NCBI GenBank assembly: GCA_002424045.1
Contig: DIPH01000001.1
Location: forward strand, 13,484-77,483
Source of the DNA: Firmicutes bacterium UBA5493
GTDB lineage: Bacteria > Bacillota > Limnochordia > Darwinibacteriales > Darwinibacteriaceae
Direction of reading: 5' to 3'
DNA: 64,000 nucleotides
The notes beneath the pieces were generated by a model, which was given only the letters and a program-made list of their open reading frames with translations, was not told the origin of the DNA and made no database searches. The position numbers and the translations under genes are program-made. Shown here in pieces: positions 10,395 through 20,117 of the stretch (its first letter is position 1; each line of letters begins with the position of its first letter).

Positions 10395-10874
10395 CTACTG
10401 TTCAAAAAATCCGGCAATCTTCTCCACAATCTCCTCTTCTGTGGTATCTTGAGCAATCACCAGTTCGCTCAGGAGTATCTGCCTTGCGTTATCGAGCATC
10501 TTTCGTTCGCCAGTTGAAAGACCTTTTTCGTTTTCTCTAATAGTGAGGTTACGCACAACCTCAGCTACTTCGAAAATGTCTCCACTCTTTATCTTCTCCA
10601 TGTTGGCCCGGTAGCGACGATTCCAGTTTGACGACATGGTTGTTTGTTCGCCTTGTAAAATCTGGTAGACGCGCTTGACATCTTCATCATTACTCACTTG
10701 ACGAAGACCTAGTTCATCAACGGACTTCATGGGAATCATTACCTTCATATCCCCTATGGGCAGCGCCATAATATAATACTTTTGCTTTTCGCCAAGTACT
10801 TCCCGCTCTTCTATGGCCACGATAACACCGGCACCGTGCATGGGGTAGACCACATGATCCCCCACGTTATACAT
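10395..10874 (-). CDS. carD: CarD family transcriptional regulator
   Basis: VGDHVVYPMHGAGVI, NWNRRYRANMEKIKSGD. Confidence 0.95.
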   Translation of the reverse strand: MYNVGDHVVYPMHGAGVIVAIEEREVLGEKQKYYIMALPIGDMKVMIPMKSVDELGLRQVSNDEDVKRVYQILQGEQTTMSSNWNRRYRANMEKIKSGDIFEVAEVVRNLTIRENEKGLSTGERKMLDNARQILLSELVIAQDTTEEEIVEKIAGFFEQ

Positions 10875-10913
10875 CGCGCATCCTCCTTTGTCAAAACATC
10901 GATCCTTACAATA

Positions 10914-10942
10914 AATTTACCACTTTGCGCCCCTAAAGTCAA
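10914..10942 (-). promoter_or_regulatory. Sigma-A-like promoter of carD
   Basis: TTGACT-17-TAAATT, with TG upstream of -10. Confidence 0.6.
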
Positions 10943-10976
10943 ACGGGCCCATTTATAGCGGTCTCTTGTTCGCAGG

Positions 10977-11006
10977 TTGACAATCGTTTTTCAAAAGCTT
11001 TATAAT
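10977..11006 (+). promoter_or_regulatory. Sigma-A promoter of the 11101 gene
   Basis: TTGACA-18-TATAAT. Confidence 0.75.
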
Positions 11007-11100
11007 GAAACCAGTTGGACGTTTCACACAGTGAAACTCCAAGCTGAATGCTCCGGCATTCAGCAGACCCCATCAAAGGTGATGAGAGGACGGGACCAAG

Positions 11101-11502
11101 ATGACGAAGCCAGTTAACACTTGTCATTGTTTTCAAGAGAACGTACAAGATAACCTTGTGCGCCATTTCAGCATCCTAGATATCGTCTCGAAGTTTCAGG
11201 AGACCAATGCACGGGTAAACAGGGCTCTTTGTAGAGCGGTGACAGATTGTGGCTGCATTAACATCAACGCCTCAAAACAGCTCTTACCTGATGACTGTTC
11301 ATTCGAAGACGTCCGTAATCATATCCAATCGCATCTCACGGGACAGCTTTGCGAAAACTGCAGAGAAGTCTTGGAAGCCGAGGTGGGGCAAAACCTGTTT
11401 TACTTAGCAGGAATGTGTAATGCCCTTGGACTCGATCTCGAAGAGATTATTAATAAAGAAAGCCAACGAGTGAACACCTTAGGGATGTTCCATCTCCGTT
11501 AA
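11101..11502 (+). CDS. Conserved Cys-rich hypothetical protein with MazG-like C-terminal helices
   Basis: LVRHFSILD..SKFQETNARVNRA, AVTDCGC, LCENC, EVGQNLFYLA...LGLDLEEI; family recalled between carD and disA in Clostridia. Confidence 0.8.
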   Translation: MTKPVNTCHCFQENVQDNLVRHFSILDIVSKFQETNARVNRALCRAVTDCGCININASKQLLPDDCSFEDVRNHIQSHLTGQLCENCREVLEAEVGQNLFYLAGMCNALGLDLEEIINKESQRVNTLGMFHLR

Positions 11503-12557
11503 ATATGGCTGTCCACTAACACCTGCTCACGTAAACGGCGTAAGCCCTCTTTGATGGCTTTCGCACGGACTTCTCCAATCCCTTCCACATCATCGAGCTC
11601 TTCGATGGTAGCATCCATGACCGTAGAAAGATCGTCGAAGGTCTTTACCAGATTCTCAATAACAGGCATGGGTAAACGGGGTATCTTGGCCAAGACACGA
11701 TATCCCCTAGAAGCCACGGCCTGTTCGAGGCTTGTCATACTTCCCCCAAATCCTAGCGTTTTCGAAATGAAACCTAGATTAAGGAGATCATCCGAATCCA
11801 TTTCTTCCAACTGGCTCCAACCTTCATTAAAGTTGCCACCATTATAATAGTCTTTAAAGACTAAGAGCCCCTCGTCTTTGGTATCCGCCATGAGCTCCTC
11901 GAGCTGCATTCTGACCAAACGGCCTTCCGACCCCAGTTGAATTACATATCTCTCGATTTCCCAGGCAATCCTGTTCACCATTTGGCTACGTTGCAATACC
12001 GTGGTTACATCCGTTAGGGTAACCAAATCTTCAAATTCGAGAGCACTCAAATTTGTTAAGGATTGCTGGAAAACACTGCGATACTTCTCCAAGGTAGATA
12101 AGGCCTGGTTGGCTTTTGCCAAAATCACGCTTACGTCGCGGATTATGTACTTCCAGTTTCCCCTATAAATGGTAATGATATTACGCCGTTGGGATATGGA
12201 AATCACAAGCTGACCCGTTTGTTTAGCGACCCTTTCTGCGGTTTTGTGCCGCGTCCCGGTTTCGAAACTCGGAATCATACTGTCTGGAACCAACTGGGTA
12301 TTGGCATAGAGAATCCGTTTGGCATCGCTGGATAATACGATGGCTCCATCCATCTTGGCCAGCTCATAAAGTGAACCAGGATGCATCTCAGAATTGATGT
12401 GAAAACCACCATTAACCAGCTCCAAGACTTCAGGAGTATCTCCTATGACAATTAAACCGCCAGTTTTTGCCTTCAAAATGCTGTCAAGACCTTCATAGAG
12501 TTGAGTGCCCGGTGCCAGCATCTCTAGATGTTCATAAATCATATCATCCTCACGCAT
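11499..12557 (-). CDS. disA: DNA integrity scanning diadenylate cyclase
   Basis: APGT, LYELAKMDGAI, ETGTRHKTAERVA, C-terminal HhH VEGIGEVRA. Confidence 0.95.
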   Translation of the reverse strand: MREDDMIYEHLEMLAPGTQLYEGLDSILKAKTGGLIVIGDTPEVLELVNGGFHINSEMHPGSLYELAKMDGAIVLSSDAKRILYANTQLVPDSMIPSFETGTRHKTAERVAKQTGQLVISISQRRNIITIYRGNWKYIIRDVSVILAKANQALSTLEKYRSVFQQSLTNLSALEFEDLVTLTDVTTVLQRSQMVNRIAWEIERYVIQLGSEGRLVRMQLEELMADTKDEGLLVFKDYYNGGNFNEGWSQLEEMDSDDLLNLGFISKTLGFGGSMTSLEQAVASRGYRVLAKIPRLPMPVIENLVKTFDDLSTVMDATIEELDDVEGIGEVRAKAIKEGLRRLREQVLVDSHI

Positions 12558-12561
12558 GAAC

Positions 12562-13920
12562 TCACCTTCTTTTTACCGCAATTTTCAATGCTTCTTGTAT
12601 AGTGCTTACACCATAAACCTTAATAGGTTCGTTTCCTTGAACATTGCTCTTAGGGATGAGGCAACTTTCAAAGCCCAAGCGATGAAGTTCTGCTAGGCGC
12701 TGCTCCATACCCCGGACAGCCCTTATTTCTCCCGACAAGCCAACCTCTCCTAAGACAGCACAGAGTGGATCACAGCTCACATTCGAGACGCTACTGGCTA
12801 CAGCCACAGCCATGCCCAAATCCAGGGCGGGTTCTTGTAGCCTTAGACCCCCAGCAATATTCAAAAATACATCTTGCGACTGCAGGGGATACCCCTGCCT
12901 TTTTTCCAGTACGGCTAGGATAATGGAAAATCGTTGATAATCAACACCCGTCGTCTGCCTACGGGGAGTACCCCCATAGGGACTAGGAGCAACGAGGGCC
13001 TGCACTTCCACTAAGAGGGGACGGGTGCCCTCCATATACGGTACAACGACAGAACCAGAACTGTTCTCGGGACGCTGTGATAAAAGGAACCGCGAAGGAT
13101 TCACCACAGGGACTAGACCTCGTCCACCCATCTCAAAGATGGCGACCTCGTGGGTAGAACCAAAACGATTCTTCACCGAGCGGATGATTCGGAAGGATGT
13201 GTGCACTTCCCCTTCGAAATATAATACGAAATCCACTGCATGTTCTAGTACTTTGGGACCAGCTAGATTGCCACCCTTGGTCACATGTCCCACCAGAAGA
13301 ATGGAAGTATCGCTGCCCTTGGCCACCTGCAAAAACCGTCCCGTGGATTCGCGCACTTGTCCTACACTACCGGGAGGCGAAGAAACCTCTTCCACAAACA
13401 TAGTCTGAATGGAATCAACAATGACCAAGACTGGCATTTCTTCCTCGATAACCTCGCAAATTGCATTCGTGTTGGCTTCGCTAAGGACAATGAGCTCTTC
13501 GGCAACAGCGTCTAAACGTATCGCTCGCAGTTTGAGTTGGGCCAAAGACTCCTCACCGGTGACGTAGAGAACCTTGCCAATGCTTCGAGCCACACAGCTA
13601 GCCACCTGCAAGAGCAGGGTTGACTTGCCGATTCCAGGATCCCCACCGATTAGGCCTAAGCACCCTGGTACTAAACCGCCCCCTAAAACCCGATCAAGCT
13701 CTTCAATGCCCGTGCTAAAACGGGATTCAGCACGGTTTTCAATCTTCGTTAAGGGTACAGGTTTGCTCTTCGCCACCCAGGTGCGGGCGTTTTTACTGAC
13801 AGGTTGGACTGTTTCTTCTACTAGGGTATTCCACTCCTCGCAGGAAGGACATCTTCCCATCCAACGAGGGCTCTCGGCTCCACAAGCCTGACAAACAAAT
13901 ACGACCGTTTTTCTAGCCAC
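12562..13920 (-). CDS. radA: DNA repair protein RadA/Sms
   Basis: C4 zinc finger, GDPGIGKSTLL, KNRFG motif. Confidence 0.97.
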   Translation of the reverse strand: MARKTVVFVCQACGAESPRWMGRCPSCEEWNTLVEETVQPVSKNARTWVAKSKPVPLTKIENRAESRFSTGIEELDRVLGGGLVPGCLGLIGGDPGIGKSTLLLQVASCVARSIGKVLYVTGEESLAQLKLRAIRLDAVAEELIVLSEANTNAICEVIEEEMPVLVIVDSIQTMFVEEVSSPPGSVGQVRESTGRFLQVAKGSDTSILLVGHVTKGGNLAGPKVLEHAVDFVLYFEGEVHTSFRIIRSVKNRFGSTHEVAIFEMGGRGLVPVVNPSRFLLSQRPENSSGSVVVPYMEGTRPLLVEVQALVAPSPYGGTPRRQTTGVDYQRFSIILAVLEKRQGYPLQSQDVFLNIAGGLRLQEPALDLGMAVAVASSVSNVSCDPLCAVLGEVGLSGEIRAVRGMEQRLAELHRLGFESCLIPKSNVQGNEPIKVYGVSTIQEALKIAVKRR

Positions 13921-13972
13921 AGTCTACCCTTTCTATGTTCCAAATTTTCCTACACTTCTATTATACCATCAG

Positions 13973-14014
13973 AAAAAGGAGTGCACAACTGCCCATGAGG
14001 CGGATCTGCACTCC
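13973..14014 (-). terminator. Terminator after clpC
   Basis: GGAGTGCA...TGCACTCC-TTTT on minus strand, with inner stem. Confidence 0.65.
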
Positions 14015-14051
14015 CTATCTCTCGAAAAACTATCCTACAGCAAACTTCCGA

Positions 14052-16463
14052 TTAATGGAAAATAAACTCCCCTTCTTTCGAGTCTACCGTAATGGTGCCC
14101 CCTTCTCCGAAGGTGCCCCTGAGAATCTCTTCTGCCAGGGGATTTTCTATATGCCTTTGAATAGCCCTGCGCAGTGGTCTAGCCCCAAAGTCCGGATCAA
14201 AGCCCTTGTTGGTGAGGAGTTCTTTGGCTTGGTCCGTTATAGACAAAGCAATATCCATATCCTCAAGCTGGGTGCGAAGCTCCTTGAGCATGATGTCCAC
14301 AATTTGGCTGATGTGCACCTTGTTGAGAGCATGGAAGACCACAACTTCATCCACCCTGTTTAAAAACTCGGGGCGGAATGCCCGCTTGAGCTCATCGGTG
14401 ACCTTCCCTTTCATGGCTTCATAATCACTGCGCTCATCAACAACGGCCCTAAAGCCAATGCCTGAGTCACGCTGAATTTGCTGGGCCCCTACGTTGGAGG
14501 TCATGACAATTACCGTATTACGGAAGTCCACAACGCGGCCCTTAGAATCGGTGAGTCTGCCGTCTTCTAGCACTTGGAGCAGGATATTAAAGACCTCTGG
14601 ATGGGCCTTTTCTATTTCATCAAAGAGCACGATCGAATAGGGCTTTCTGCGTACTTGTTCTGTGAGTTGACCACCCTCATCATAACCCACATAACCTGGA
14701 GGCGAACCGACCAAACGGGAGACGGCATGACGCTCCATGTATTCGGACATGTCAAGACGCACCATGGCATCCTCATCACCAAACAGAGCTTCAGCCAAAG
14801 CCCTTGCTAGTTCCGTTTTCCCCACACCAGTTGGTCCTAAGAAGATAAACGAACCAATTGGTCTCTTGGGATCTTTCAGTCCCGCATGGGCCCTGCGAAC
14901 GGCCTGGGATACTGCGCCGATAGCTTCGTCTTGCCCAATAACCCGTTCATGAAGCACTTCCTCTAGGTTGAGCAGACGTATGGCATCTTCTTCGGTAATA
15001 TCTGTAACAGGTACACCAGTCCATCCCGCCACAACCGCCGCTATATCCTCGGCAGTGACCACAGCCTCTGCTCGTCCGTGACTCTTGCGCCACTCGGTGC
15101 GTTTGGATTCCAGCTCCTCCTGGAGTTTTTGTTCGGTGTCTCGTAAGCGGGCTGCTTGTTCAAACTCTTCATTCTTGATGGCCGCCTCTTTCTCAACACT
15201 CACTTCGTCAATTCTAGCTTCCAGATCTTTAAGCTCTGGTGGGGCCACAAGACCTGCTAAGCGCACACGAGAACCTGCTTCGTCCATAAGGTCAATGGCC
15301 TTGTCTGGCAAGAAACGATCGCTAATGTAACGATCACTTAAGCGAGCTGCAGCCACAATGGATTCATCATTAATCTTCACCCTGTGATGAGCCTCGTAGC
15401 GATCCCTAAGACCTTTAAGAATCTCGATGGTCTCTTCCACGCTTGGTTCATCAACCATTACGGGTTGAAAACGCCTCTCGAGGGCTGCATCTTTTTCCAC
15501 ATGCTTTTGGTATTCATCCAGTGTGGTTGCTCCAATAGCCTGCAGTTCACCCCGGGCTAAGGCTGGTTTGAGAATATTGGCTGCGTCAATGGCCCCCTCC
15601 GCGGCACCGGCACCGATGATCGTGTGCATTTCATCAATAAACAGCACCACATCACCTGCGCCGCGGATCTCCTCCATCACTTTCTTCAGGCGTTCTTCAA
15701 ACTCACCACGGAATTTCGAGCCAGCTACCAAACTGCCTAAATCCAAGGTGACTACACGTTTATTACTCAGGGTCTCCGGCACATCATTGTGGATGATCTT
15801 GAGAGCTAAGCCTTCCGCTATGGCCGTCTTCCCCACACCAGGTTCGCCAATCAAGACCGGATTATTCTTTGTACGACGGCTCAGAATCTGAATCACTCGC
15901 TGAATCTCTTTATCCCGTCCAATCACTGGGTCAAGACTACCCTCCCCGGCCAAAGCGGTCAAGTCACGACCAAATTGATCCAGTGTAGGGGTCTTGTTCT
16001 GACGGGGTGCCTGTGCCTTTCCTTGGCTTGCACCCCCTAGTTGACTGGTGACTTGTGAACGCACCTTTTCTAAATCAGCGCCCAGATTGTGGAGCACCTG
16101 GGCTGCTACTCCTTCTCCTTCACGAATTAAACCAAGCAAGAGATGCTCGGTACCAATATAGGTATGTCCTAGACGCCTGGCTTCGTCAAAAGCCAGCTCC
16201 AGCACCCGTTTCGAACGGGGAGTAAAGCCGATCTGACCCTGGGTTGGCTGGCCGCCGCGACCAATAATCCGCTCCACCTCTCCGCGTACTTGATCAATGC
16301 TAATTCCTAGAGACAAGAGAGACCGCGCTGCCACATCCTCGCCTTCTGCAATTAAACCGAGGAGAATGTGCTCTGTTCCCACCACATTATGCCCTAGCCT
16401 CCGTGCTTCTTCTTGTGAAAGGACAATCACTCGCTGGGCCCGTTCTGTAAAACGTCCAAACAT
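14052..16463 (-). CDS. clpC: ATP-dependent Clp protease ATPase ClpC
   Basis: [10 protein letters not shown], two Clp-N repeats, GEPGVGKT and [11 protein letters not shown] coiled coil. Confidence 0.98.
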   Translation of the reverse strand: MFGRFTERAQRVIVLSQEEARRLGHNVVGTEHILLGLIAEGEDVAARSLLSLGISIDQVRGEVERIIGRGGQPTQGQIGFTPRSKRVLELAFDEARRLGHTYIGTEHLLLGLIREGEGVAAQVLHNLGADLEKVRSQVTSQLGGASQGKAQAPRQNKTPTLDQFGRDLTALAGEGSLDPVIGRDKEIQRVIQILSRRTKNNPVLIGEPGVGKTAIAEGLALKIIHNDVPETLSNKRVVTLDLGSLVAGSKFRGEFEERLKKVMEEIRGAGDVVLFIDEMHTIIGAGAAEGAIDAANILKPALARGELQAIGATTLDEYQKHVEKDAALERRFQPVMVDEPSVEETIEILKGLRDRYEAHHRVKINDESIVAAARLSDRYISDRFLPDKAIDLMDEAGSRVRLAGLVAPPELKDLEARIDEVSVEKEAAIKNEEFEQAARLRDTEQKLQEELESKRTEWRKSHGRAEAVVTAEDIAAVVAGWTGVPVTDITEEDAIRLLNLEEVLHERVIGQDEAIGAVSQAVRRAHAGLKDPKRPIGSFIFLGPTGVGKTELARALAEALFGDEDAMVRLDMSEYMERHAVSRLVGSPPGYVGYDEGGQLTEQVRRKPYSIVLFDEIEKAHPEVFNILLQVLEDGRLTDSKGRVVDFRNTVIVMTSNVGAQQIQRDSGIGFRAVVDERSDYEAMKGKVTDELKRAFRPEFLNRVDEVVVFHALNKVHISQIVDIMLKELRTQLEDMDIALSITDQAKELLTNKGFDPDFGARPLRRAIQRHIENPLAEEILRGTFGEGGTITVDSKEGEFIFH

Positions 16464-16481
16464 ATTGACACCTTCTTTCCG

Positions 16482-17522
16482 TCATGAGTTATCATTAAGT
16501 GTATCTCGAATCAAACTTGCCCGCAAGCGATCCCTTTCGTGCACAGGAAGGGCCTGCCCCATTATTCTTTGAAGATGGGCGGACCGAATCTGAACCATGA
16601 GTTGTTTCAAACGTTCAGGATCACTATGCTCAATCACACCTAAGTCTACCCCAAGCTTTAGGTCGGACAAAAGCTCCATGGCTTCTTGACTTGTGATGGT
16701 TCGGGCGTTACTTAAAATTCCATAAGATCGGTATAACCAGTCTTCTGTTGCTAGTTTTCGATCTTCTTCCAACAGATACTCCCGCGCTTGACGTTCACTG
16801 TGGAGAATCTGGTCGGTAAAGCGGGCCAAATGTTCGATGGTCTCTTCTTCACTCTGACCTAGTGTAATCTGATTGGAAAGTTGAAACACATTGCCCCAAA
16901 TGTCGCTACCTTCCCCATAAAGCCCCCTCACCGTCAACCCAAATTTGGACACGGTCCCCAAGACCTCTTGGACCTTTTTGAGCCTGCGGAGAGCAGGCAA
17001 ATGGAACATCACCGATGCCCTCAGCGCGGTTCCCACGTTCGTAGGACAACAAGTTAGATATCCAGACTGCATATCAAAGGCATAGTCTAGGTGTTCCTCG
17101 AGACGATCGTCAATCTCGGTGGCCACATTCCAGGCCTTTTCAAGCTGTAGCCCCGGCTTTAGCACCTGAATCCGCAGATGGTCCTCTTCGTTCACCATGA
17201 TGCTGACATTCGATGTATCGCTGAGAATGACTGCCTTGTGCTGAGGATTCTGGGTATGGCTGGGGCTGATCAGATGCTCTTCAGCCAAGATTTGCCGATC
17301 TAACGTGTCCATGGTGCCCATTTCATGATAGCTAAACTCCCCAAGTCCCTGCAGATGCGCAACGACAGCTGAGGTCTTGTTTAAGACCTCCCTAAGGTCG
17401 TCTCGACTGGCTCCGCCTGGAAACGGAATCCCTTCTAGGTTTCGGGCCAAACGACAGCGGGTTCCTAGAACAATATCGCCCTGCGGTCCACTTTGTTTCA
17501 TCCAGGACGCAATCTTCTTCAT
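16482..17522 (-). CDS. mcsB: Protein arginine kinase
   Basis: RLARNL, MVNEEDHLRIQ, LTCCPTNVGTALRAS. Confidence 0.96.
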   Translation of the reverse strand: MKKIASWMKQSGPQGDIVLGTRCRLARNLEGIPFPGGASRDDLREVLNKTSAVVAHLQGLGEFSYHEMGTMDTLDRQILAEEHLISPSHTQNPQHKAVILSDTSNVSIMVNEEDHLRIQVLKPGLQLEKAWNVATEIDDRLEEHLDYAFDMQSGYLTCCPTNVGTALRASVMFHLPALRRLKKVQEVLGTVSKFGLTVRGLYGEGSDIWGNVFQLSNQITLGQSEEETIEHLARFTDQILHSERQAREYLLEEDRKLATEDWLYRSYGILSNARTITSQEAMELLSDLKLGVDLGVIEHSDPERLKQLMVQIRSAHLQRIMGQALPVHERDRLRASLIRDTLNDNS

Positions 17523-18031
17523 TCGCCATCCCCCCCCGCCACCTTGGCCTCTAAGAGGCGAAGCTCATCACGGTATTTGGCCGCCTGTTCATAATTCTCC
17601 TGCCGTACACATTCTTGCAAGCGCTTGCGAAGATCTTCGATCTGCCGGTTAACACGTACTTTGGGATAGCCACGGGCTGGAACTTTACCTGTATGTGTAC
17701 TCGAACCGTGCAATCTGCGCAAGACCGGGTTCAGCTCATCATGGAACACTTCATAACAGCTGCTGCAACCTAAGCGTCCTGTCTTTTGCACATCAAGAAT
17801 TGTCCGCCCGCAAGTGGGACACTTCTTCATGGGCTGACTTGGACTCAATTTCTGACCGATTTTTCCCGTCTGGAACATACTGGACAGCAAATGCTGCAAA
17901 TCAAAGCCGGTACTAAAATTCGTGTATCCCTGGGCACAGTCTTGGCAGAGCCTCAGCTCAGTCTTGTTGTTATTTTCAATCTGCACAAACTTCACCGTAG
18001 CCTCATGTTGCCCACATTTTTCGCATAACAT
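17519..18031 (-). CDS. mcsA: McsB activator, UVR/zinc-finger protein
   Basis: Four CxxC motifs, H.GKVP, ENYEQAAKYRD. Confidence 0.95.
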   Translation of the reverse strand: MLCEKCGQHEATVKFVQIENNNKTELRLCQDCAQGYTNFSTGFDLQHLLSSMFQTGKIGQKLSPSQPMKKCPTCGRTILDVQKTGRLGCSSCYEVFHDELNPVLRRLHGSSTHTGKVPARGYPKVRVNRQIEDLRKRLQECVRQENYEQAAKYRDELRLLEAKVAGGDGE

Positions 18032-18049
18032 TTTAGTATCACCCACCTC

Positions 18050-18514
18050 TCAGGACCTAGATTCCATAATAAAAAATAGTAGTGAACGGACCAAACTGGC
18101 CCGTAGTACATTTTTGCCTTGGCTCATGCCACCAACTTCCTGCTGCACAATACCGCGAATGAGCTGGAGCTCTCCAGAGGAAATCACATGACGGTCCTTG
18201 AGATGGGCTAAGATATTTTCCATCTGCTTATCATCAAGCTCAGAACCAATACTCTGCAGAAGGCTGATTGCATGGGTATAGCTGTTGTCCACCTGTACAT
18301 GGCCGACTCGAATGTACCCACCGCCTCCGCGCCTGCTTTCTACGATGTAACCTCTCTCGAGCGTAAAGCGAGTAGACAAAACATAGTTTATCTGCGAAGG
18401 AACGCAGGAAAAATCATCAGCCATTTGGGCGCGGCTCAATTCAACACTATTGGTTTGACTGCTACGCAGCATCCTTTTAATGTGCGCTTCAATATGATCC
18501 GCTAAAGTACTCAT
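18050..18514 (-). CDS. ctsR: Class III stress gene repressor
   Basis: CVPSQINYVLSTRF, VESRRGGGGYIR. Confidence 0.96.
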   Translation of the reverse strand: MSTLADHIEAHIKRMLRSSQTNSVELSRAQMADDFSCVPSQINYVLSTRFTLERGYIVESRRGGGGYIRVGHVQVDNSYTHAISLLQSIGSELDDKQMENILAHLKDRHVISSGELQLIRGIVQQEVGGMSQGKNVLRASLVRSLLFFIMESRS

Positions 18515-18523
18515 GACTCTCTA

Positions 18524-18564
18524 TCCAACTTTCTTTGACTATTACTGACCTTAGCTTTATTATA
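18524..18564 (-). promoter_or_regulatory. CtsR operator (heptad direct repeats) and extended -10 of the ctsR operon
   Basis: Minus strand TGcTATAAT...GGTCAGT-aat-AGTCAAA-gaa-AGTTGGA, matching RGTCAAA-N3-RGTCAAA. Confidence 0.8.
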
Positions 18565-18717
18565 GCACATAATCAAAGCGACTATGCAACCTTACAGGGG
18601 ATGGTCAGGAAACGTCAAAACCCCATTTTCGCCTGTTTTAGGATCTTTTCGAAAAAAAATCGCGGTTTTTCTCCTTTTTAGTCCGGTTTTTGCATAAGGA
18701 TTCCAGGGGGGGATAGC

Positions 18718-19302
18718 ATGATCAACTATATCTGGTTCTTTATGATCCTGGGAGGTGTAATCACATCCGCCAGTAAAGGTCAAATCAACCTGGTAACCGA
18801 AGGCGTCCTCAAGGGCAGCGAACAGGCGGTACTGGTAGCGCTCGGTCTCATCGGCATTGTCTCGTTTTGGTCTGGTGTGATGAGAATTGCCCAAGACGCT
18901 GGCTTAATGGAGATGATCGCACGGGCCCTAGGTCCGGTCGCCCGCAAATTGTTTCCTGAAGTGCCAAGCCACCATCCAGCCATGGGCGCCCTACTTGTAG
19001 CCATGAGTGCCAACATTTTGGGGCTAGGTAACGCCTGCACACCCTTGGGACTTAAGGCTATGGGTCACTTACAAGAACTAAATGGCGACAAGGAGACAGC
19101 CTCCAATGCCATGTGCACCTTTATGGCTCTTACCTCCTCCAGCCTTACGGTGATTCCAACAACCATTATTGCTCTCCGTTTGACACACGGCTCTGCATCT
19201 CCAACAGAGATCATCGGCCCCATCCTTATTGCCACCACCTGCTCTACGCTGACTGCACTTGCAGTTGATGCACTTCTCAGACGCTTTTCAAAGAAACGGT
19301 AA
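18718..19302 (+). CDS. spmA: Spore maturation protein A
   Basis: MINYIW, LFPEVP..HPAMG, ANILGLGNACTPLGLKAM, IPTT. Confidence 0.93.
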   Translation: MINYIWFFMILGGVITSASKGQINLVTEGVLKGSEQAVLVALGLIGIVSFWSGVMRIAQDAGLMEMIARALGPVARKLFPEVPSHHPAMGALLVAMSANILGLGNACTPLGLKAMGHLQELNGDKETASNAMCTFMALTSSSLTVIPTTIIALRLTHGSASPTEIIGPILIATTCSTLTALAVDALLRRFSKKR

Positions 19303-19314
19303 GGAGGAACCTTC

Positions 19315-19848
19315 ATGACATCTTTAATTCAGGGGCTTTCACGCTGGGCCATACCGCTCTTGCTTCTAGGGATAACAACCCTCGGCCTCTCGAAGCGTGT
19401 GCCCATCTATGAGAGTTTCGTGGAAGGTGCCAAGGAAGGATGGCAGACCGCTTTGCGTATCCTACCCTACCTTGTAGGGATGTTAGTGGCCATTCAAGTC
19501 TTCCAACACTCCGGTGCGTTAGACAGATTAATTGACCTTGTAAGTCCCCTCACCAATTTTCTGGGTTTTCCTAGAGAGGTCCTGCCCCTAGCATTGATGC
19601 GCCCCATCTCTGGTTCGGGATCTCTAGCCTTGTTATCGCAGACTTTTGCCACCTTTGGACCAGACTCCCTAGTGGGACGGGTTGCTGCCACGGTTATGGG
19701 CAGCACCGAGACAAGTCTTTATGTTCTCACTGTATATGCAGGATCCGTAGGCCTCAAGCGCACCCGCCACACCTTGGCCACATCACTCATTTCTGATGTT
19801 GCGGGTGTTCTAGCCGCGCTCTATATTGTCTTGCACTATTTTGCATAG
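19315..19848 (+). CDS. spmB: Spore maturation protein B
   Basis: YESFVEGAKEG, LMRPISGSGS, GSTETSLYV. Confidence 0.93.
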   Translation: MTSLIQGLSRWAIPLLLLGITTLGLSKRVPIYESFVEGAKEGWQTALRILPYLVGMLVAIQVFQHSGALDRLIDLVSPLTNFLGFPREVLPLALMRPISGSGSLALLSQTFATFGPDSLVGRVAATVMGSTETSLYVLTVYAGSVGLKRTRHTLATSLISDVAGVLAALYIVLHYFA

Positions 19849-19903
19849 TTCACCATATTTTGGCCATACTTATAATTATCACAACAAGAGAGGGTGGCAC
19901 ACC

Positions 19904-20053
19904 ATGCCAAAGCTCACCAAGAAGGAAAAGCGTGAGATGATTGCAGCGGCCATGAAAACAATCAGCGAACACAAAGGTCTTTCTCCCGCCTCAAAGGATC
20001 GAGGCGTGGTAGTGCTTGGAAAAGCGCTGTTGAGAAATTCGGACCCCCGGTAA
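19904..20053 (+). CDS. Small basic hypothetical protein (49 aa)
   Basis: MPKLTKKEKREMIAAAM...; GAGGGTGG RBS; fills the spmB-selA gap. Confidence 0.6.
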   Translation: MPKLTKKEKREMIAAAMKTISEHKGLSPASKDRGVVVLGKALLRNSDPR

Positions 20054-20117
20054 GAAAAGGGTTGCCACTCCCCATGTCGTATAAGTACCTATGATGATTG
20101 TAATGGGGGGAGTATTG

